Virus record (IMG/VR): IMGVR_UViG_3300036846_000488
Location: 1 to 64,000 of that record
Direction: 5' to 3' (one strand)
DNA: 64,000 nt
From: a virus
Positions 1-7,856 of the stretch are shown piece after piece. Positions within the stretch are counted from its first letter, which is position 1. Each line of letters opens with the position of its first letter. The translations under genes and the position numbers were made by a program. The notes under the pieces were generated by a model. It saw only the letters and a list, made by a program, of their open reading frames with translations. It was not told where the DNA came from and did no database searches.

Positions 1-397
1 CGGTGGGCGCGGTCAGGATGGTCACCTGGTCGTAGCGCTTGATCTCGACCGCGGTGTCCCAGGGGATCGAGAGGTTGGTGTTCATCTGGTAGATATCGGC
101 GTCCCCGACCACCACGGACTGAGCCGACGTGACCTCCCAGATCCGGCAGCGGCCCTCGTAGAGGACGGTGGCCACTCCCTCCGCGGTGTAGACCAGAGAG
201 TCCTCGTCGTAGCCCTCGGGGACTCCGGAGCGCTCGATCCGACAGGTGTACTGCATCACCGCGGTGGCCCGGTTCCGGACCCAGTTCCGCGCGTAGGAGC
301 TGATCGGGCTGTCAGTCGGCTGGGAGGGCGGCGTGGGATCCGGTCCAGGTAGAACCGGAGTGGAGAAGTCGGTGGCGAACCCAGTGTCGAAGCTCAT
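1..397 (-). CDS. head-to-tail stopper-like protein (DUF6093-like), truncated at window edge
   Basis: Not in ORF track; ATG at 397 overlaps upstream stop (TGATG); translates MSFDTGFATD...MQYTCRIER...LYEGRCRIW...LSIPWD, a pattern typical of actinophage head-closure proteins; follows adaptor. Confidence 0.6.
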   Translation of the reverse strand, partial: MSFDTGFATDFSTPVLPGPDPTPPSQPTDSPISSYARNWVRNRATAVMQYTCRIERSGVPEGYDEDSLVYTAEGVATVLYEGRCRIWEVTSAQSVVVGDADIYQMNTNLSIPWDTAVEIKRYDQVTILTAPT

Positions 398-882
398 CAG
401 GACACCGGCACGTAGTCGATCACCATCGCGTCACCCGAGCCTGGCTCTGAGCCCTGGAACGGCACGTTGCTGACAGTGCTCGGAATGGACTCGATGTGGA
501 TCGGCAGGGTGCGCCCGTTGGTGATCAGGGTGGCCGGGCCGGTGATCAGGAACTCCACCGCCACCCCGGGATCGGTCACTCCGCGCAGCCGCCCTCGCAT
601 CCCGGTCGGGTCGCCCTCGGTCCACAGGTCCAGTGGTGGCACCGCCCCGGAGGTCACCGAGTCGGAGACCTGCAGCACGTTGGCGGTATCGACCCAGGCG
701 GGCTGGAGCCCTACCTGACCAGGGGTGAGCCCGAGGGTCTTGGTGTACTTGTAGGCCGCCGAGCGCACCGATGCATCGACGAGGACTTCCCACAGTCCGC
801 TCACGATCTCACGCAGGTCGGACGCGCTGATCTCCCCGGCGGAGTTGTCCGGGAGCAGAGCCAGCATCTCGTCCAGGGTCAT
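397..882 (-). CDS. hypothetical virion protein
   Basis: 161 aa, coupled to neighbours; N-terminal LLPDNSAGEISASDLR. Confidence 0.55.
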   Translation of the reverse strand: MTLDEMLALLPDNSAGEISASDLREIVSGLWEVLVDASVRSAAYKYTKTLGLTPGQVGLQPAWVDTANVLQVSDSVTSGAVPPLDLWTEGDPTGMRGRLRGVTDPGVAVEFLITGPATLITNGRTLPIHIESIPSTVSNVPFQGSEPGSGDAMVIDYVPVS

Positions 883-1382
883 GGCTCCACGATCTTCTCG
901 TAGTCCGGGACGTTCTGGTTCCCGGTGATCGGGATGTCAGGCGGGTAGACCCCGCCGTAGTCCTGAGCGCCGGCCTCCGTGTTGTCGTGCATGCCCTTGC
1001 CGAAGCTGAACGGCTTGGTGTCCGGCTCCAGGGGCTCGTTGGGAGTGATCCCTCCGACATCGGGGATCGTCCCAACGAGCTTGGCCGCGTACTGCTGACG
1101 CAGGTTCGCAGCCAACTGGCGGTACTGGTCACCCACCGGCCCGAGAGAGACGCTCACTCCGTCAGCGGAGTAGGACGCCTCGCGTGCGTAACGCGCTGCG
1201 ATGGTATCAGCCACTGCAGCGGCTACATACTCGTTGGAGTGGTACAGCGGGAACCAGGTGTCGTAGGCCCACTGGATGTCCTCATCCGAGACCTGCCACT
1301 CGCCCGGGATGATGTCCTGGAGCAGGAACCGGATGGTGTCCTTGTCGGTGGTACCAGCACCGTCATAGGTGTAGGTGGCCAT
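879..1382 (-). CDS. head-to-tail adaptor
   Basis: YTY...DKDTIRFLLQD...SDEDI helical pattern; position downstream of capsid gene. Confidence 0.65.
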   Translation of the reverse strand: MATYTYDGAGTTDKDTIRFLLQDIIPGEWQVSDEDIQWAYDTWFPLYHSNEYVAAAVADTIAARYAREASYSADGVSVSLGPVGDQYRQLAANLRQQYAAKLVGTIPDVGGITPNEPLEPDTKPFSFGKGMHDNTEAGAQDYGGVYPPDIPITGNQNVPDYEKIVEP

Positions 1383-1392
1383 CAGTGCCCCT

Positions 1393-1761
1393 TCACTGCC
1401 GCCTACGGTTCATCGCGATGCCTCCAGCGCCAGCAGTCAGACCGCCGGCTGCGATGCCACCGGTCAGCCCGGGACGACCCTGCAAGGCCTGGCCTGCCTT
1501 CTGGAGCTTCCCACCGGCCTTCACGTAGCCAGCACCGATCGTCCGAGCACCCTGGTTGAACCCTGCGCTGGGATGCGGGTTCGCCCGCACCGCACCGAAC
1601 ACCTTGTTGCCCTGGCTCCGTACTCCAGAGCCCAGGTGCTCCACGCCACGACCGATGGCACCCCCAGGCTTGGCCAGCATCCGCCCAGCCGCACCCGCGC
1701 CGGGCAGCTTGAAGGCCTTCTCGATGTCACCGTGGTCGATGCCGAATGCGCTCTCCATCAC
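1393..1761 (-). CDS. Gly/Ala-rich cationic putative internal head protein with SAFGIDHGD leader
   Basis: MMESAFGIDHGDIEK|A leader shared with 2303-2617 and 14235-15212; C-terminal GGIAAGGLTAGAGGIAMNRRRQ. Confidence 0.6.
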   Translation of the reverse strand: MMESAFGIDHGDIEKAFKLPGAGAAGRMLAKPGGAIGRGVEHLGSGVRSQGNKVFGAVRANPHPSAGFNQGARTIGAGYVKAGGKLQKAGQALQGRPGLTGGIAAGGLTAGAGGIAMNRRRQ

Positions 1762-2303
1762 TCCTCCAAGAGTCCCTTGCGTCCACGACCAGCAGCCTCC
1801 ATGGCCAGCACCCGATCGGTCTCCTCGGGGTACTTGGTCAGGTAGCCCTTCACCTCATCCACCGTGTGATCGGCGGGGTCGTACTGCGGCATGTCGCTAC
1901 CCTCCTCGATCGGCTCCTGCTCGGGCTCGACGACCTCGCCATCGTCAGGAGTGGGTGCCAGAGCGTCCTCACCGGGGCCCTCAGGCTCCGGAGTGAGCTC
2001 GGGGTTGGTCAGCACGTCCAGGTCGATCGCGGAGTCAGGCTCGGTGGGCCAGACCAGCTGCACCCGGTCCCGGTTCAGGTACTCCTCGGCCTCCTCGCGA
2101 GTCCGGATGTGAGTGTGCCAGTGCCTGGGCTTCAGGTGACCCTCTTCCAGCACCGGGATCACGAACCGGGCCCGGACCAGGGTCTCGATGTTCCGGGCCT
2201 CCTCCTGCGGGAACTCCTGACCCAGCACGTACTCCTCACCGGCGTAGATGAAGTTCTTGGCCGCCAGGAAACTGATCCCGTCGTTCTTCAGCAGCTGAAC
2301 CAT
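1758..2303 (-). CDS. hypothetical head-associated protein
   Basis: Acidic linker plus C-terminal TVDEVKGYL...VLAMEAAGRGRKGLL mini-domain commonly encoded after actinophage capsid genes. Confidence 0.55.
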   Translation of the reverse strand: MVQLLKNDGISFLAAKNFIYAGEEYVLGQEFPQEEARNIETLVRARFVIPVLEEGHLKPRHWHTHIRTREEAEEYLNRDRVQLVWPTEPDSAIDLDVLTNPELTPEPEGPGEDALAPTPDDGEVVEPEQEPIEEGSDMPQYDPADHTVDEVKGYLTKYPEETDRVLAMEAAGRGRKGLLEE

Positions 2304-2617
2304 CAGCTCTCCTCCGGCTTCTTCTTCTTCAGCTTGATCGCCTTGCTGCCCTTGTAGTAGCCCTTGTTCTGGGCCGCATTCGCGCCCACCGCTCCGCCCA
2401 CGATCGGGACTCCGACCGCGCTACCCGCGAGCGCCGGAGCGAACTCATGGCCGGCGGCCTGCCACTTGTGGCCCTTCTTGCCGGCGATCAGACCGTGCGT
2501 GCCCGGGAACAGACCTGCGGTGATGCCTCGTCCGACGCTCATGTTGGAGCCGGTGGTCCAGTGCTCCGACTTCTTGTAGATGTCCCCGTGCTCGACTCCG
2601 AAGGCTGACTCCATCAT
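2303..2617 (-). CDS. Gly/Ala-rich cationic putative internal head protein with SAFGVEHGD leader
   Basis: MMESAFGVEHGDIYK|K leader, SD AGGAG, basic tail KLKKKK. Confidence 0.6.
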   Translation of the reverse strand: MMESAFGVEHGDIYKKSEHWTTGSNMSVGRGITAGLFPGTHGLIAGKKGHKWQAAGHEFAPALAGSAVGVPIVGGAVGANAAQNKGYYKGSKAIKLKKKKPEES

Positions 2618-2629
2618 GTGCTCCTAACA

Positions 2630-2680
2630 GAGACGGGCCGCGGGGTGGAACTCCTTCGGAGCATCCCCACAGCCCGTCTC
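2630..2680 (-). terminator. long stem-loop downstream of major capsid gene
   Basis: GAGACGGGC...GCCCGTCTC outer stem with further inner pairing; weak U tail. Confidence 0.6.
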
Positions 2681-2693
2681 AGAGTAGAACCTG

Positions 2694-3692
2694 CTACGCC
2701 ACCGCGTTGGCCAGGAAGATGCCCATGTCCTTGGCGACCACGCGCATGTCGTACGTCATCTCGCCCTCGATGCGGTCCGCAGCGATCGGCTCCATCCGGA
2801 AGTTCTTCATCCGGATCCCGAAGCTGTTCCCAGCCAGGTACCCGTTCCAGGTGAAGGTGTAGCCACCAGCCGGAGTCATCAGGGACGGCGAGCTGGGGGT
2901 GTAGACCAGCAGCGCCGACTTGGAGTTGGACATGAACTGGTACGTCGCGGCGGCGTCCTGCGCCTTGGCGTCGTTCAGCTCGGCCACGTTGGTCACCGTC
3001 GCGTAGCTGACCAGGATCCGCTCCACGTCGAACAGCGACGCGAGCAGGTCGGTGGTCACCACACCACGCTGGGTGTACTTGATCCGGTCGATGATGTCCG
3101 GGTGGTTCTTCAGCTGGGTGATCGTCCGAGCACCGAGGACCAGCGTGTTGGCCTTGCGGCCTGACTGCTCCACGAAGTTCGTCTGCAGGTCAGCGAACTG
3201 CACGATCGGGTCCGAGGCCGGGTCGCTCCACTGCAGGAACTGCCCTGCACCGACTGTCCCGGTCACGCCGGTGAGGTCGGTGCCCCACTGGCCGGTGGTG
3301 AAGAACTTGCTGTTCCAGTCCAGGTCCCGCCGGAGCAGGAGCTGGTTGGTCACGAACGTGGTCGCGTCCGAGTCCAGCCGCCAGTTCGAGTCGGCGTTGG
3401 AGCGCACCTGGTCGTCGATGTCCTTGTGGACACCCCAGACCTCGCAGAAGTACTGCCCCGTGTCGATCTTCCAACCGACTCCAGCCGTCTCGGTGCCGGG
3501 CGCGCGTTTCTGCGCGTCGGTCCTGCGCCAGTCGGACTTGGAGTACTTCCAGTACAGATCGCTCTGCTTCTGCACCGGCACCCGCGGGAACACCTTGTCC
3601 GCGATGAACTGCGCCTTGTCCTGCATGTAGGCGACAGAGACGTTGGTGAGCGGAACATTGACGTGGAGATCGCTCTGAGTGGGGTTCGGCAT
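2694..3692 (-). CDS. major capsid protein
   Basis: 332 aa; PLTNVSVAY...FIADKVFPRVPVQKQSD N-terminus of lambda gpE-like HK97-fold capsid proteins; follows scaffold and decoration genes. Confidence 0.88.
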   Translation of the reverse strand: MPNPTQSDLHVNVPLTNVSVAYMQDKAQFIADKVFPRVPVQKQSDLYWKYSKSDWRRTDAQKRAPGTETAGVGWKIDTGQYFCEVWGVHKDIDDQVRSNADSNWRLDSDATTFVTNQLLLRRDLDWNSKFFTTGQWGTDLTGVTGTVGAGQFLQWSDPASDPIVQFADLQTNFVEQSGRKANTLVLGARTITQLKNHPDIIDRIKYTQRGVVTTDLLASLFDVERILVSYATVTNVAELNDAKAQDAAATYQFMSNSKSALLVYTPSSPSLMTPAGGYTFTWNGYLAGNSFGIRMKNFRMEPIAADRIEGEMTYDMRVVAKDMGIFLANAVA

Positions 3693-3705
3693 GGCTTCTC
3701 TCCTC

Positions 3706-4107
3706 TCAGATCGTCAGGAGAACGTTGACGAGTTCTCCGGCGTTGGCGGCGGTGGACAGTGCGATGCCGACGATGGCGGTGGCACCTGCGGACGTGGCCT
3801 GGCCATCTGCACTGACCTGGACCTTGGCACCCGCGACGATCGGCGCATCGGCGACCACCTTGGACACCCCGTGGATGGCGACCGTGGCGGCCTGGCCGGC
3901 ACCCTGGGGCTTGTTCTGCATCACCCCGATGCAGGGACCGGTGCCATCACCCAGTCCCACCTGATGCACCCCGGTCACCTTCACGAAGTGGTACTGCTTC
4001 CCACCATTCGGATCCAGGGAGCCGGGCTGACCCGGGACTCCCGTGTAGATGCCCAGGGACGAGTCCGCGTTCAGCGTGATCGACCGTAGGCTCTCTTCGT
4101 AGGCCAT
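3706..4107 (-). CDS. capsid decoration/cement protein (DUF2190-like)
   Basis: 133 aa; GVMQNKP..GQAATVAIHGVSKV...VGIALSTA pattern; directly upstream of MCP. Confidence 0.75.
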   Translation of the reverse strand: MAYEESLRSITLNADSSLGIYTGVPGQPGSLDPNGGKQYHFVKVTGVHQVGLGDGTGPCIGVMQNKPQGAGQAATVAIHGVSKVVADAPIVAGAKVQVSADGQATSAGATAIVGIALSTAANAGELVNVLLTI

Positions 4108-4121
4108 GAGCTACTTCCCTC

Positions 4122-4946
4122 CTACCGGTTCTGCTGCGAACGCAGGTACTCGTCGTAGGCGTCCGGATTCTGGTCGAACACCGTATTGATGGCTGAGACA
4201 GCGTTGTAGTCCTCGGACTTCCCGAAGGCCTCGTGAGCGTGCGCCTCGACCTGGCTGTAGATGTCGGCGTTGTCGCCGCCACCCTGGTAGCCGGTCTCCT
4301 CGAAGATGATCTCGCCCGCCGTCTCCAGCGCCTTGGCGATCACCTTGCAGTCGTCGAAGCTCATCGTCTCGGCCATCCGGTAGAGCACCGGACCGAGCTC
4401 GTCGGCAGGGATCGGGAGGTTGTACTCCGCGGCCTTGGAGATGTACTCGCGGGTCAGCCGGAGGTCTCGCTCGGACTTCGCGATCCGGCTGTTCTCCTGC
4501 AGCGCGGTCTCCAGCTCCTCGACTCGACCGAGCGCCTTGGCGATCACCGAGTCGCGGTCCTTGTCGCTGAACGCCTTGCTGAGCTCCTCCATCACCGCAG
4601 CTGAGAAGCTGCCGGTCTGCGGAGCAGACTTCTCGAAGAAGGCCGACTTACCGACCCCAGCGAGCTCGGGCACGGGCTGGTCCTCCTCCACCATCACATC
4701 GCCGTCGTCCGCGCCATCGTCCTCGACGTACTCGTAGGCCTGGCCTGCGTCGTCGTACACGATGTCGCCGAACTCCAGCTGGTCCTCATCGAGGGGCTTA
4801 CCCTCCTGGTTGTAGAGCTTGGGCATCTCTTCCTCCTCGGGAGCCCGCTTCGCGATGACGAACCGTGAGTACTGGTTCGCGGCCTTGTCGACTGTGGAGA
4901 TCTCGTCGATCTCCATGTCCGTCAAGTTCTTGATCGGTCGTGGCAT
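4122..4946 (-). CDS. capsid scaffolding protein with N-terminal XkdF/prohead-protease strand
   Basis: Acidic, helical, upstream of decoration/MCP; begins MPRPIKNLTDMEIDEISTVDKAAN; 10 of 15 Lys lie in hydrophobic-x-K-[ASR]. Confidence 0.72.
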   Translation of the reverse strand: MPRPIKNLTDMEIDEISTVDKAANQYSRFVIAKRAPEEEEMPKLYNQEGKPLDEDQLEFGDIVYDDAGQAYEYVEDDGADDGDVMVEEDQPVPELAGVGKSAFFEKSAPQTGSFSAAVMEELSKAFSDKDRDSVIAKALGRVEELETALQENSRIAKSERDLRLTREYISKAAEYNLPIPADELGPVLYRMAETMSFDDCKVIAKALETAGEIIFEETGYQGGGDNADIYSQVEAHAHEAFGKSEDYNAVSAINTVFDQNPDAYDEYLRSQQNR

Positions 4947-4957
4947 CTCATCTACCT

Positions 4958-6337
4958 CTAGTTCTCAGTCTCACGGTGCTGTCCATTCGGGTTGTCGCTG
5001 TGATCGACTCCGAAGGCTGATGTGGTGTCGCGCTTCTCGTAGGACTGCCAGGAGTTCCTCCGGCCATGATGAGCCAGAGCAGCCCCGGCACCAGTCACCG
5101 CAGCCACCCCACCCAGACCAGCAGCGAGCTTCCCGCTCCGGGTTGCCTTGGCATGACGCACCGCCTGAGCCGCCTTCACGTTCGGCAGGTGCCGGGCCTG
5201 GATCTGACCCGCAGTCCGGTTCTTGCTCTCGTTCTTCAGCGCGTGGACTCCAGCCGCTACCGCACCTGTTCCAGTGCCCGCAGCCACGGACGCTCCACCG
5301 ACCTCGTACTTCTTCGCGCGCGCGTGCCGTTTCGCCTCGGGGTCGTAGTTCCGAGCCACCGGCTCCCAGGCCTTGGCGATCTCCTCCTCGATCTGCTCGT
5401 GGGTGATCGCGTGGCCCTCCTCACCGAAGTAGCCCATCTCCATGCCGAGGTCCGATGCTCCTTCAGACTTCTTCACCGGTACTGCCTGCTTCCGCCGGCG
5501 CGACTCCGCCGAGTAGATGCTCGCCTGGTTGAAGCCGCCCACGCCGCCGATGCCACCAGAGACGATCCCGGTGTTGATCGCGGCGTTCTTCATCCCCTCC
5601 GGAGTCGCGTTCCCCAGCTTCGGGACCTTCCGGATCGCCTTCAGGGTGCCGGTGCCCACCCTGCCCTTGCGCGCAGCCACCGCGGCCACGCCGGTGATCC
5701 CGAGCCCGGACAGACCCAGAGTGGAGGTGGTCCGGGCGATCTTGCCCTGGATCTTCTGGCGATGACGGAGCTCGGTGTCGCTCATCGAACGAGCCTTGCT
5801 GACCGGCTTCCGCGCCCTCAGCTTCGTCTGCTGGACGGCCAGCGTCTTCTTCTGCTCCTTCCGCGTCGCCAGTCCGGCGGTGGCAGTCAGTCCGGCTCCG
5901 CCTGCGATCCCAGCCATCCCCCAGCGACCCGGGTGGTGCGCCTTCTCCGCGGCCTTGGTACCGACATCGGTGATCAGATGCACCGACTCTCCCCGGGGGA
6001 TGAACCGCTTCTCCAGCTTCTCCTTGTTCTCAGCGATCTTTCGGTCTCGACGAGTCGTGCCGAGGTAGGCAGGAGAACCTGCTGCGGTGCCGATCACAGA
6101 TCCGGTGAGCACCGCGTTCAAGTTGGTGCCTCGACGGATGGAGCGGTCGTCCTTCATGTCCTGGTTCAGCTGGCCGAACCTGCGACCCTTCGGCTTCCCA
6201 TTCGACTTCAGACGGGTAGCTGGATCGCTGGTGAGGTTCCCGACCCGGGCCTGGGCCCGGGCCTGAGCCCTGCCCCGGACCGCGTGGAAGGCCCCACGCA
6301 CCTTGTCGGTCCTCTTCGGGAGCCTCAGCGTGGTCAT
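4958..6337 (-). CDS. cationic Gly/Ala-rich multi-module putative internal head polyprotein
   Basis: 459 aa, SD GGGAGG; repeated basic + small-residue hydrophobic segments separated by LEK|R, VSK|A, VKK|S, IAK|A, YEK|R; C-terminal SAFGVDHSD. Confidence 0.6.
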   Translation of the reverse strand: MTTLRLPKRTDKVRGAFHAVRGRAQARAQARVGNLTSDPATRLKSNGKPKGRRFGQLNQDMKDDRSIRRGTNLNAVLTGSVIGTAAGSPAYLGTTRRDRKIAENKEKLEKRFIPRGESVHLITDVGTKAAEKAHHPGRWGMAGIAGGAGLTATAGLATRKEQKKTLAVQQTKLRARKPVSKARSMSDTELRHRQKIQGKIARTTSTLGLSGLGITGVAAVAARKGRVGTGTLKAIRKVPKLGNATPEGMKNAAINTGIVSGGIGGVGGFNQASIYSAESRRRKQAVPVKKSEGASDLGMEMGYFGEEGHAITHEQIEEEIAKAWEPVARNYDPEAKRHARAKKYEVGGASVAAGTGTGAVAAGVHALKNESKNRTAGQIQARHLPNVKAAQAVRHAKATRSGKLAAGLGGVAAVTGAGAALAHHGRRNSWQSYEKRDTTSAFGVDHSDNPNGQHRETEN

Positions 6338-6390
6338 AAACGCCTCCCGTGGCCGTTGCAGAAAGACTTTCCGGCCCCTACGCTGAAAGA

Positions 6391-6714
6391 ATGGGATCCA
6401 GCAAGGAGTACATGCGCGAGTGGCGAGCGAAGAACCAGGACAAGATACGCGAGTACAACCGCAAGAGTCGGTACAACAGGTACGGCCCCTCCCGCCAGGC
6501 CGCCATCGACTACCTCGGTGGGCGGTGTCACGGCTGCGGCTTCGATGATGTCCGATGCCTCGATGTCGACCACGTTTTCGGCGGTGGGAGCAAGGAGCGC
6601 GCTCGGCGCGACCGGATTGCCTTCTACAAAGATGTCGTCGCCGGGGACCGCCCAGATGTCCAGCTTCTCTGTCTCAACTGCCATCGGATCAAGACCTCTC
6701 TGGAGCGTCAGTAA
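6391..6714 (+). CDS. HNH endonuclease, free-standing, antisense to the structural operon
   Basis: CHGCG...LDVDHV.GGG...QLLCLNCHRIKT HNH/Zn motif. Confidence 0.85.
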   Translation: MGSSKEYMREWRAKNQDKIREYNRKSRYNRYGPSRQAAIDYLGGRCHGCGFDDVRCLDVDHVFGGGSKERARRDRIAFYKDVVAGDRPDVQLLCLNCHRIKTSLERQ

Positions 6715-7834
6715 CAGGACTCCGACGGCCCGAGCCATGGATGCTGAACCCGGTCCGCTCGCCGGACTTCACCTTCGCCCAGACATCGGGATCCTGGACC
6801 TTGAATCCGACCCACCAACCGGTGGGCACCGAGTCTGGCAGACCCATCGCGTCTCGCTTCTCCGGAGTCACGATGAAGCTCTCGATCATCTCGCTCTTCT
6901 GGACCGGGCTCCAGTCGTCACGCAGGTGCATGTCCCCGCCCTTGCGGGACTTCATCACGTACTCGTAGCCGGCCTTCTCCATCTCGTCGACGGAGATGTA
7001 GTCGCCCTGCAGATCTACCACCGGCTCCCCGTTCACCTCCACCACCGAGGCCCAGCCGAAGATCTGCTGCTTGTCGGCGTCGGCCTTGGAGATCTCGGCG
7101 TTCCAGATCACGTCTACTTCGGTGTCGTCGGCCTTGCTGATCTGAGGTACCGGTTGGACGAACTTCCCCCGTACCTTCCCGTTCGGCTTGGCGGTGCCGG
7201 CTCGCACCCGCTCGTTGTACGCCGCCCGCATCTTCTCCTTGTCGAACCGGAGCGCCTTCTCGACCTGGTTGGTGGTGATCACCTTGTCCGGGAGCTTCTT
7301 CAGCGCCCCAGCGCCCTTCTTGGTGTACTCCAGCCCCTTCTTCCGGACCTTCGGGTTGGAGATCACAGCCATGGTCAGCTGTCCCTTGGTCCGGGGGATG
7401 CCGGCGTTGTTCCGCATGTCGGTGGAGTCCGCCTTGACCACCGGAGTCTTCTTCTTGGTGTCCCCGTGCAGGATCTTGGTGGCCATCAGCTCACCACCCA
7501 GCCCCGCCACCTCCAGTGGCACCAGTCCGGCGGCCAGCTTCTTGGACTTCACCGCGGTCTTCAGCGCCCTGAACTTGGCCCTGGGTGCATGGAACTCGTG
7601 GGCTGCCTGCTGCGCCTCCCGAGCCTTGCGGTACCCGCCATGCGTCTCAGAGGCAGCCAGCCCCAGACCAGCAGCACCAGCGGTGGCTCCGACCGCGCTC
7701 AGCCCGGCGGTGAACGCTCGCTTGCGCTTGTCGTGGGTGGCCAGGTCGGACTGGGCGGGGTTCATCTTCTCGATCAGCTCGTCGCCGCCACCAGCGAGGA
7801 TCAGCTCGGCTACCTCCCGCATCACATCGCTCAT
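6689..7834 (-). CDS. XkdF-like (S78-type) prohead serine protease with long N-terminal cationic extension
   Basis: C-terminal core 6689-7084: IFGWASV...DLQGD...GDMH...ESF...GWWVGFKV...WAKVKSGERTGFSIHG. Confidence 0.82.
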   Translation of the reverse strand: MSDVMREVAELILAGGGDELIEKMNPAQSDLATHDKRKRAFTAGLSAVGATAGAAGLGLAASETHGGYRKAREAQQAAHEFHAPRAKFRALKTAVKSKKLAAGLVPLEVAGLGGELMATKILHGDTKKKTPVVKADSTDMRNNAGIPRTKGQLTMAVISNPKVRKKGLEYTKKGAGALKKLPDKVITTNQVEKALRFDKEKMRAAYNERVRAGTAKPNGKVRGKFVQPVPQISKADDTEVDVIWNAEISKADADKQQIFGWASVVEVNGEPVVDLQGDYISVDEMEKAGYEYVMKSRKGGDMHLRDDWSPVQKSEMIESFIVTPEKRDAMGLPDSVPTGWWVGFKVQDPDVWAKVKSGERTGFSIHGSGRRSPVTDAPERS

Positions 7835-7856
7835 GTGTCCATCGTCCTAGCCTCCG

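Noticed and set aside
2694-3692. Cleavage of the major capsid protein at YSK|S
   Set aside because: Site is internal to the predicted fold and there is no propeptide; it shows the K motif alone is not proof of cleavage
6334-6738. Minus-strand ORF spanning the HNH and ATGA-coupled to the 459-aa gene; also an intron hypothesis
   Set aside because: Shadow of the HNH; downstream gene has its own SD; HNH is antisense and no group I/II core elements were recognised
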